This document shows positions 7,611 to 16,400 of a stretch of 64,000 nucleotides of DNA, piece after piece (position 1 is the stretch's first letter; each line of letters begins with the position of its first letter). A program made the position numbers and the translations under genes. Source of the stretch: a virus; the IMG/VR virus record IMGVR_UViG_3300018083_000001. The stretch is one strand, 5' to 3'. The notes beneath the pieces are model-generated. The model searched no databases. It was not told where the DNA came from and saw only the letters and a program-made list of their open reading frames with translations.

Positions 7611-10600
7611 TCACTGTTGTTGGATTACAGATGCCGCATCTTCATCAATTAACACAAGTGCCATTCGACTTTCTGCTATTACTAACACACTATGACTTTC
7701 AATCATCGGCAAAGCTATGGTACTTTCATCTAGTACATTAGCAACGTGATCGGCCGCAATGTCGCTTGGTACGATGATCTCAGAGAAGATTACACCAGCT
7801 TGCGCCGTTGCCGCAGCACCGATCAGGAAGCCCTTAACATCAAACCTAGTTAGATTGCCAGCTGACGCAGTGACGAATGAACCAAGGAGCCTAGCGCCAC
7901 GCAGAAGGATACCAGCTTGCGCTTGAACTTGTGCGCCTTGAATTGCGAACGCTGATACGCGAGCAAATATCGCACCGGCAGTAACTTGGACTTGTATCCC
8001 AGATAACACGGCAGTAATAGCCTGGGATACCGTAAACAATCCAGCGGACGTTGTAGCTTGTACACCAATAAGCGATACGGCTTTTGTAGTCGGTGCTGAT
8101 AGCGTTCCAGCAAAGGTAGTAACAAACGCGCCTTGTATATTGACACTTATTGTACTTGCCGCAGCCGATGTAATTGTTCCAGCGCTTGCGGCAACCTGTG
8201 CGCCAAGAAGCGCGAAGATATCAGAGACGCCAAATGATCCTGGCGATGCCGTAACTTGTGCACCAGTTAGCGCAACGACCTTGGCGACCAGCGCCGCCAT
8301 CGCGCCAGCTTGCGCAGTAGCCTCAACACCAATAAGCGTAGGCGGTCTTGCGGCAAGAGAAATGATACCTGGCGATGCCGTAACTTGCGCGCCTGGTACC
8401 GCAACATTAGCCGTGCTTGCGGTATTTACAACAAGCGAACCAATTTGCGCCGTAACTTGTGCGCCAACGAATGCAAAGACATCGCCAATACCGAATGTAC
8501 CAGCGGAGGCGGTAGTTTGCGCGCCAGTAAGCGCGACAAGTTTAGCGATTGAAGTTATTAATGTCCCAGCTTGCGCAGTAACAGATGCGCCAGTAAGGAC
8601 TTTTGTAACAGGCTGCGCAAGGACGCCAGCCGAGATAGTAACTTGAGCTCCGGTCAGCGATACAAAAGTGGTACTGACCGTGGTTGCTGTTATCGTACCC
8701 GCAGTCGATGTAACTTGCGCGCCAATCAAAGCGAACGTATCGCTCAACCTAAATACGCCAGCAGTCGTAGCCGCTTGCGCACCAGTAAATGTAACTGCCA
8801 CGGCTTTGGTAACAGAGAGGAGGCCCGGAGTGGCGGTGGCTTGAGCGCCAACGAGACCAACAGGCTGTACCTTAGCAACCGTCAATATACCAGGAGACGC
8901 AGTGCATAATGCGCCAGGTAGCGTTTTGCTAATCGTCTCTCTTATAGAACCAGCAGAAGCTGAAACCTGAATGCCTGGAACTGCAACATTGGTAACTGTC
9001 GAAACAGCCGAGACACCTTTCACCTCTACCCACGAGACATAGACCCGCGCCAACACAACAGCGAACTGGAAGGTTCCAGCAGAGAAGGTACAACCCGCTC
9101 CAGCCAGATTAGCGGGAGTGAATTTTAAAGTAGTCAGTGTACCGGCAGAAGCAGAACAGGACGCACCAACAAGCGGCTTTGCTTCCGTGATCGCCAGCGA
9201 TCCTGCCGAAGCAGATGCTTGCGCACCAGTCAGTGAAACAAGTCTAGCGGTCGTTGGAGCTATCGAACCAGCGAACGTAGCTACCTGCGCGCCGGTTAAG
9301 AAAACCCGCTGCTGCGCGAGCGATCCAGCCGACGCGGTGACAGACGCGCCAGTTAGATTTACTGAGACAGAGCTAACAGCAATCGACTTGCCGTCCCAGG
9401 TGGTATATCCGCTCGCTGGAGGGGCACCTAAGAACGTACCATCAAACTTTGCGTTGAACACCTCACCATTGAGGCGAAGATCAATAGCAAGCGACAACCG
9501 GCCACCGCCAAGCGCCGAGATGCTAAAAGTGTTCCAGGCACCATTCTGTGTGATGTTACGAACGGAAACAGTGGCGGCAGAAGTATCAGCAGAGACAGAG
9601 TACCAATCACCGGCAGCAATGACCTTGTCGTGTGTTCCTACGTTAGAACCGCCAACATAAACAGGTCTGCCTGAACCAGTCCAGAAACCGATGCTGTTGT
9701 TATCCCAACCTAAATAAGCAGCAAGTGGCGTTACCAATGCTGACGCATTCGCGACACCGATAGAACTTGAAGGACCACCACCACCGCCAGTGAATTGTAC
9801 CTCAGCATAAATCTTGGTAGTGCCGACCGCATTAAGAGTTGAGAATGCCAGCCTGTCAGAGAAGTCGCCAGAAACCATAGTCGCTGTCAAATAATTATTT
9901 GACAGAATGATAGTTGGGAACGTGCGATCCGGATTAAAGAACGTAGCAGGATACGCACCCAACGTCCCGGCAGACATCGTCACCGATGCACCGGGCAGAT
10001 TTACACCGCCAGCTATCGCTTTACCATCCCAAGTGGAATAACCACTCGCGGGAGGCGTCCCTAAAAATGCACCGTCAAAGTTCGCGGTAAACGCATCAAA
10101 TTGATTAGCAAAGGTGCTAGCAAAACAAATTTCACCACTGGTTATACTAGAAATGGAAACTGTAGCGGACCAGCTTCCAGCACCTGTGATGTTCCTGAAT
10201 TGAATTGTGCCTGCGATACGATCAACCGCAATACCAATCCAGTCCCCAGTTCCAACCGCTGGCGAAACAGTGATGCCAGCGCTGACGCCATTGTAGTACG
10301 CAGTAGCACCATATAGTCCAATTGAATCGGTGCCTTGACCGATAAAACCTGAACCATTTGTGACATCAAAAGTAGTGGTAGCAACGCCAACACCGAAAGT
10401 TCCACTCGCTGTATCAAGATGAACCTCAGCATAAACTTTCGTGCTGCCGTGCGTCGGTGTAGAAAGAACGCTCGCTAAAGTCCCTGCAGCATTAGGCCTT
10501 GTCGCTGTCAGATAGTTATTTGACAATACGAGGTCTGGAAACTTACGATCTGGATTAAGAATAGTGCCGGCATATCCACGGAACGTCCCAGCGGACATCG

Positions 10601-13127
10601 TGACCGATGCACCAGCAAGCGCCACGACCGGAATGGACCTGCCGTCCCAGGTGGTGTAGCCGCTGGCTGCCGGAGGTCCACCTAGGAAAGGACCGTTAAA
10701 ATTTACGTTGAATACTTCGCCTTGATTGAAGGTGGCAATTCCGAGCGATTGCTGAACGCCACTGAGACCAGCATGACCTACTGTCTTCCAGATGCCGTTC
10801 TGCGTGATGTTGCGGAAATAACAGCGACCAGAACCAGTATCAACTGCAATGCCGAACCAATCACCCGCAACAGTGTTCGTCTTATCAATCGTCCCGACCT
10901 GGGCACCATTGATGAAGATATTGCCAGCGACATATATGCCAACTGAATTATTGTCGGAACCTAAATAATTGGTTAATGCCGCCGAGGCATTTGCGATACC
11001 GACCCCATCACCGGAGAGGCCAACACCGCCGCCAGCCATCTGAGCTTCAGCATAAAACTTAGTGGTAGATGCATCATTGAGAATTGAAAGAGACAACCGA
11101 TAATTAGAGGTCGCTGAAGTTCGAGTTGCCGTCAAGTAATTGTTAGATAGAGTAATGTCCGACAACGCCGTGCGACTTGAATCGAGGTACGCTCCAGAAA
11201 TAGTCTGAAACGTTCCAGCAGACAGCGTTGCTGATGCGCCAGGAAGATTGACCGTGATCGTAGAAACAACCGAGGTCCCAATCGTGCCTGCCGACATCGT
11301 AGCAGACGCGCCAGGAATATTAATAAATGGAGAGATCGAAACCGACAATGCCTGAGCGGACGCAGTGACCTGCGCACCGATCAAGTTTGGCTTGGTCAAT
11401 ACCTCTTGAGCGTCTAAAGCACCGGCGCTTGCCGTGACCGAGATGCCGGGAACATTGACATTGGTCGTTGCCGTTATCGCGCGGATATTATATTCGTTAT
11501 ACTTCAGAGTGCCATTGTCGTTGACAATGTAGCCAACAACATAGTTACTACCGCGCGCATACATACTGCCGCTGGAGCTGCGCGACAGGCCAGCATCTGT
11601 GTTAGGAACTGTTCCAGCAAATGCTAATACTGGAGAACCAAACGTCGCGCCATCGTTCGATGATTTAATCGCGTAAAGGTCGCTATCCGATGAATTGCGA
11701 TAAGCAATAGTTACTTCATCGGTATCAATATCCACGCCGATGCGATGCGGCGTTGAAGCAGCCGCAATACTTTGATTTGCAGTAGTAAGCGTCGGATTAT
11801 CCGAACTGTCAAAATACACGGTCTGCTGCGCAGCACCGACAGAAACGGTTGCAACAACTTTGGTGGTACCTGACCGGTCGTAGCTAACAGCATCGCAAGG
11901 ACCACCCCAAGCTCCTTGCGATACCGCCGTATTCATCGTATTGGCGGCTGACAATGTCCTAATACTATTAACTGATGCGGCTGGCTGAAACAAAAAATGG
12001 ACTCTGTCAGCAGCACCCAAGACTGCTGTCGGAGCTGAAGTATCAATTGCAGTATTGCCATCAACCTGGGTTTCTGTAGACCAAGTGTTGACCGCTGTGC
12101 GGCGACGATAATAAATGCGGGCACGGAACGTGCCTGAAGTCTTGGTCTGCAAACCATTATAGAACGCAACGACCTCGCCGTTACCGCGAACAACAAGCGA
12201 AGCATTAGCATTAGCGCCAGAAATTTGACCAGCTACAGAACCCGCTGCTGAGACCGTTTCCACAGTAGCAAGAAAAGTATCTGTTAGCGCATCAAATGAA
12301 AGATACTTGACCGCTTGAGACGTTGACGCCGTGCCGTCTTGCACCAGCAAATGAACCGTATAGCCAACCTGATACGCATCAACCCTCAGGATCGCGGTAG
12401 TGAAGCCGGTCTTGGTAGTAACACTCGCCCACGATGTATCCGGCGCGGTGGCCTTGAACGCCTGCAGCGTCGTACCAGTCGTACCATCGCGGCCAAAGAA
12501 GTAATATTGATCTGAAGCGACCGTGACAGCCTTGTAATAAGTGATCGCATAGTCGAATGGCGCGGCACTCTGACCAGCTAGATTGGCAACGGTGTTGCTG
12601 CTGCCATCAAGCGGCGTATAAGCCAGACCGCCGGTAATGTCGTTGACTGCATTGCCGACAAAACGAACACTATTCGCAGCACCAGAAGTAAGGATATAAA
12701 ACACAAGCGCGTACTGAGTTAAATTTGTCAGCGCAACCGGAGTAGCGAAATGAAACGAAATAGTAGTATTGCCGCCATTTGCAGTTAAGGTGCCTGAGAC
12801 TAAATCACTGGTCCCCAACACTGTACCAGTAGGAGCACCGACCGATAAGCTTGCGTGGTCCCTGAGCTCAACGTAACAATTTGCAATAGGAACGGCGGGA
12901 AGGCCAGTCCCCGCCAGTATGATTGAAACATCACTTAAACTATAACCAGGCGATGGCGTAAATGTCTGAGCCGCGATGTGTGAAGTAAATGCACCAGCCG
13001 TCACGTTGTTAGTTGTGGTCGTTACTCCACTTTGACCAACCGCGCTATAAGTCCCAGCCGCCACCTTGAATGGCCCGGCTGGCGCAACCGCCGTCGAGAT
13101 ACCAGTGATGGTGACGGGCAGTGCCAT
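7611..13127 (-). CDS. giant multi-domain virion-associated protein (Asp-box region, 3 SPRY-like modules, C-terminal short-repeat fibre)
   Basis: Single 1838-aa ORF whose ATG overlaps the upstream stop (TGATG). It has an Asp-box (SSNDGATF). Three ~207-aa modules each carry LSNNYLTAT. The C-terminal part holds ~25 units of L(T/I)GAQVTASAG-type repeats. Confidence 0.85.
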   Translation of the reverse strand: MALPVTITGISTAVAPAGPFKVAAGTYSAVGQSGVTTTTNNVTAGAFTSHIAAQTFTPSPGYSLSDVSIILAGTGLPAVPIANCYVELRDHASLSVGAPTGTVLGTSDLVSGTLTANGGNTTISFHFATPVALTNLTQYALVFYILTSGAANSVRFVGNAVNDITGGLAYTPLDGSSNTVANLAGQSAAPFDYAITYYKAVTVASDQYYFFGRDGTTGTTLQAFKATAPDTSWASVTTKTGFTTAILRVDAYQVGYTVHLLVQDGTASTSQAVKYLSFDALTDTFLATVETVSAAGSVAGQISGANANASLVVRGNGEVVAFYNGLQTKTSGTFRARIYYRRRTAVNTWSTETQVDGNTAIDTSAPTAVLGAADRVHFLFQPAASVNSIRTLSAANTMNTAVSQGAWGGPCDAVSYDRSGTTKVVATVSVGAAQQTVYFDSSDNPTLTTANQSIAAASTPHRIGVDIDTDEVTIAYRNSSDSDLYAIKSSNDGATFGSPVLAFAGTVPNTDAGLSRSSSGSMYARGSNYVVGYIVNDNGTLKYNEYNIRAITATTNVNVPGISVTASAGALDAQEVLTKPNLIGAQVTASAQALSVSISPFINIPGASATMSAGTIGTSVVSTITVNLPGASATLSAGTFQTISGAYLDSSRTALSDITLSNNYLTATRTSATSNYRLSLSILNDASTTKFYAEAQMAGGGVGLSGDGVGIANASAALTNYLGSDNNSVGIYVAGNIFINGAQVGTIDKTNTVAGDWFGIAVDTGSGRCYFRNITQNGIWKTVGHAGLSGVQQSLGIATFNQGEVFNVNFNGPFLGGPPAASGYTTWDGRSIPVVALAGASVTMSAGTFRGYAGTILNPDRKFPDLVLSNNYLTATRPNAAGTLASVLSTPTHGSTKVYAEVHLDTASGTFGVGVATTTFDVTNGSGFIGQGTDSIGLYGATAYYNGVSAGITVSPAVGTGDWIGIAVDRIAGTIQFRNITGAGSWSATVSISSITSGEICFASTFANQFDAFTANFDGAFLGTPPASGYSTWDGKAIAGGVNLPGASVTMSAGTLGAYPATFFNPDRTFPTIILSNNYLTATMVSGDFSDRLAFSTLNAVGTTKIYAEVQFTGGGGGPSSSIGVANASALVTPLAAYLGWDNNSIGFWTGSGRPVYVGGSNVGTHDKVIAAGDWYSVSADTSAATVSVRNITQNGAWNTFSISALGGGRLSLAIDLRLNGEVFNAKFDGTFLGAPPASGYTTWDGKSIAVSSVSVNLTGASVTASAGSLAQQRVFLTGAQVATFAGSIAPTTARLVSLTGAQASASAGSLAITEAKPLVGASCSASAGTLTTLKFTPANLAGAGCTFSAGTFQFAVVLARVYVSWVEVKGVSAVSTVTNVAVPGIQVSASAGSIRETISKTLPGALCTASPGILTVAKVQPVGLVGAQATATPGLLSVTKAVAVTFTGAQAATTAGVFRLSDTFALIGAQVTSTAGTITATTVSTTFVSLTGAQVTISAGVLAQPVTKVLTGASVTAQAGTLITSIAKLVALTGAQTTASAGTFGIGDVFAFVGAQVTAQIGSLVVNTASTANVAVPGAQVTASPGIISLAARPPTLIGVEATAQAGAMAALVAKVVALTGAQVTASPGSFGVSDIFALLGAQVAASAGTITSAAASTISVNIQGAFVTTFAGTLSAPTTKAVSLIGVQATTSAGLFTVSQAITAVLSGIQVQVTAGAIFARVSAFAIQGAQVQAQAGILLRGARLLGSFVTASAGNLTRFDVKGFLIGAAATAQAGVIFSEIIVPSDIAADHVANVLDESTIALPMIESHSVLVIAESRMALVLIDEDAASVIQQQ
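7770..9370 (-). repeat. degenerate coding tandem repeats (18-24-aa units, about 25 copies, with a ~4-unit super-repeat)
   Basis: Read from the protein, e.g. VALTGAQTTASAGTFGIGDVFAF / VGAQVTAQIGSLVVNTASTANVA / VPGAQVTASPGIISLAARPPT / LIGVEATAQAGAMAALVAKV. This 4-unit block recurs at least 3 times. Coordinates are approximate. Confidence 0.75.
9370..11200 (-). repeat. three tandem ~620-nt coding repeats encoding SPRY/B30.2-like (concanavalin-like) modules
   Basis: The LSNNYLTAT anchor occurs near 11135, 10515 and 9895. Each module also has K.YAEV, GVG(V/I)A, NS(I/V)G and GDW.G(I/V)A(V)D ... RNIT. Coordinates are approximate. Confidence 0.6.
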
Positions 13128-13480
13128 CAGCCCTGCTCGATCAGTTCGCGACCCCGCTCAAAGATGCCCTTGGGCACCACACCATTCTTCACTGCCAGTT
13201 TCCTGCCTGCTCGGTCGCTGTTACGGAACATTTCTCGGCAATCATATTGACGACATTCGTAGGGCGCACGCTCGTGAATCGAGCAACCACGTTCATTGAG
13301 GTAACAACAATCTCCGTTCGGCAGTCGGTCGAGGATCGTGATGGGCTCTTTGTCCAGCCCGTCGCGGTACCATTTCGCGGTATTATATTGGCTGGCATCA
13401 TCGCCCATCTCCGGACGTATCACGGTCATCATCCGGCAGCACAGCTTGCAGGAACCACACGGGACAACATTGCGGTTCAT
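13127..13480 (-). CDS. YkgJ/UPF0153-type Cys-cluster protein (family that includes flagellin lysine-N-methylase FliB)
   Basis: 117 aa from ATG 13480, in an ATGA overlap with the upstream stop. Motifs are PCGSCKLCC (CxxCxxCC) plus CCYLNERGCSIHERAPYECRQYDC. Confidence 0.75.
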   Translation of the reverse strand: MNRNVVPCGSCKLCCRMMTVIRPEMGDDASQYNTAKWYRDGLDKEPITILDRLPNGDCCYLNERGCSIHERAPYECRQYDCREMFRNSDRAGRKLAVKNGVVPKGIFERGRELIEQG

Positions 13481-16400
13481 GATACTGCGCCGGTCCAAAC
13501 CCAGCCGGTGCTGGAACCATGATTAGCCGTCAAAGCGTTCCACTGTGCGGCGTTACCGTAAAAGTCAAAAAGTGGAGTCCCATAGGCGCTATGCGATGTT
13601 GTTGGATTGACCAGAACGCCCGTCGTAGGATTACAGAAATTATTCTGAACGGTTGAATTACCAACATCAGCAGTAACGCCAGTCCACATCGCAGCCCGAT
13701 ACATGAGGCCATTGAACGGGAATATACCTTCACGCGAGCCTATCGCAAATGAAGAACCTCCAGCCGTGAACTCAAAATCAAGCGTACTACCTGAAGTATC
13801 ATCGACACCGTCATTGACCCATGCACCAGAACCCTCACGCCACACGCGTATCTTCGACGTGCCATCAGCATCGAGTGAGATAAGAATGTTAGCTCGCTCA
13901 GCGCCAATCACCGTAGTGTTATTCATAATAATTGGAGCAGCGGCAGCGGTATCCCGCCAGATAGTGCTGAGTGAACCCGATAGTGCTGGATGTCGGCAAG
14001 TGCCACTGGTACCACCTAACTGTGATATTAGATAATTAGGGTCTGCGCCAACAACAGAAGCAAAATCAACGCTTATGAAAATCAACGCCGTTCTGCCATC
14101 AGTCGGAGCAAGCTGCGTGCTCTTAGTCAACCAAGTGCTTCCATTAAACGTCACGCCATTCTCGGTGAACTCTGCTCCTGTAATGCTGAATGAACCAGCA
14201 TAGGCTCTGGCTTGAACGCCACGCAGACCGCCAGTCGGCCAAAGCGGCTCAGCCACGTCATAGAACAATTTTGTCCAGTTGGTCGTATCACCCCATTTGA
14301 CGTAATCATAATTTGAAGAGTTCCAGATCGGCGGGGCTGGTGGACGAACTTGCCCTTCCTCATCAATCCATCGCTTCAGGTACACAAAGAACGAATCATA
14401 ACCCCAACGTCCAACTTCACTAGCCAGAACCAAGGCGATTGCTAATCCTGAACAGCTCTGCGAACCGATGATCTGATAAGTAGCCGAATTGTGATGTTGA
14501 TAAGCACTACCGCTAGCAGGAGCAGGCGAGAATGCCGAGCCTCTGCGAACTTGGTAATAACTTGTATTGTCTGGCTGCGTCGTCCACGGAGCAGTGACCG
14601 TTGCGACCTTGGTACTGGAGTTCCAGCCTGATGAAGCCACCGTCCGCATCTGTCCTTCACCCGTCCCGGACCAGATGAAGATATGATCACCAGCTATGAT
14701 GCTGGGCGATTTGTCGGCTTGCAGAGTAATGGTCGATGTACCACCCGTCTGCGCCTTGCCACCGCCGTCAGTGAACGCTTGAAACGGAGCAACGAGCAAC
14801 TGCTTAGTTGTGTCGTTATAATGAATCATCTCGGCCTGTTGTCCGGAACCAGTGCCGCCGGTGATCTCCATGTTGTAAAAAAGCGAAGGGTTTCCGCTAT
14901 CAGCGTTAAGTGAAGCTGCAAGCTGGATCGAATCAGCCGTCCCGCCCTGAGCTATACCATAGCCCTTAACTATTCCTGTCGGATCGGTAAGGCCATAAAC
15001 AACATCCCGTGTCTCATGGTTATCGGGATAAGTCTTTGGCGTTCCCAATGTCGGATTAGCCCTGGAGCCATACAGGTCTTCATGGGCGCCATACCAGAAG
15101 GCACCATCCTCGTGATAGAACTCTTGGTCAGGATAAATACCTGCAGTGACGTTTCCAGGTTTCACACACATCGCCGGGACATTAAGGAACCGTCCAGCAA
15201 AGAATGCCAAGCCCTTCATGCCTGGACCAAAACCACCCAGCGCGATATTGCAAGGCATATTCAGCGCGACATGCGAATAGGCCATCAAGCCATCACGCAC
15301 GATGCGGTTGATAAGTTCATTTCGGCTTGGGCTATCTGACAACGCCCCAAGAATCATTCTGTTGGTATTTATTGCTTGGTACGCTGGATAGGCAAGTTGC
15401 GATCTGACAGGACACCATGACGTGTAGTAAACAATCGGTCCAAATCTTACCAGAGGCCGTTCATGGAATGGGTCAAGCATGTTATACCCGTTCCAGTTTG
15501 GCTCCTCGTATCCGACTGGCCGCGTGACCGGCGTGTAAAGGCTATAGTTGATATCGCTAGTGGTGTATGTCGGCTTGCCTGGCGATGCGACATAAAGACC
15601 AGTCGGCTTAATCGCATTGGCTGGTGGAGCACTCGCCACTACAGTGATCTCAAGAATGTTATAGCAAGCGTTGTACGCGCCGCCGCTTTGTACATTGTCG
15701 CAGCCGCGATAAAGCCAAATTGTCTTTGGACTCCCGTCTGGATAATGATCAATTGTTGCTGGTAAACTTATCGACAAGGCTGCGCTATAGTTACTTCCAG
15801 GACCAACATTGCTAACAGGATGCACTCGATCATCCATCCCCTGCAACAAACCTTGGGGATCGACCATGACCTTGCCCTTGTAGGAACCAAGACCCACGTA
15901 AGCAAGGTCACCAGTTGGAGCGACGGCTCCAGTCGTATCAATACCAAAGTTCAACAACCTTGCGCCGCCAGAAGGCGCAACAACCCACGGGCTGCCATCG
16001 ACGTAGACGCCGGTTGTAGGTTTTCCGCTGAATACTGCAGTGATCCCATCACGAGAAACAAACGTGAATGAATCCCATAGATCGCACATCCAACCGTTGC
16101 CAGACCCACCGAAGCCCTTTATGTCACGGTGGAACTTGCCACTTCCGACAAAGGTCGAGAAGTCTGTGCTATCGTCGAAGTAACGACCCCAATTTTCCCA
16201 CATCTTGGGATCGTTTAGATATCTTCTGGCAAACGCTGCAACCGATCCGTTTCCGCCCCAGGAAGCTTCATCTCCCATGATGGCCGAGGCCATGAACAAT
16301 CCCTGATGGCCGTATTGATTGGCAGCCATATAAGTTCCAAGCCAATTCGGCTCATTTGGATCAAACAGTTGGTTATAAGTGCCCTCACGAGAATTTGGAA

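Noticed and set aside
8140-9660. Long plus-strand ORFs (8140-8646, 8310-8552, 8571-8909, 9118-9660) opposite the 1838-aa gene
   Set aside because: They are antisense shadows of a repetitive, GC-rich, Ala/Gly/Thr-coding region. Their composition is low-complexity and they have no RBS. The minus-strand ORF is uninterrupted for 5.5 kb.
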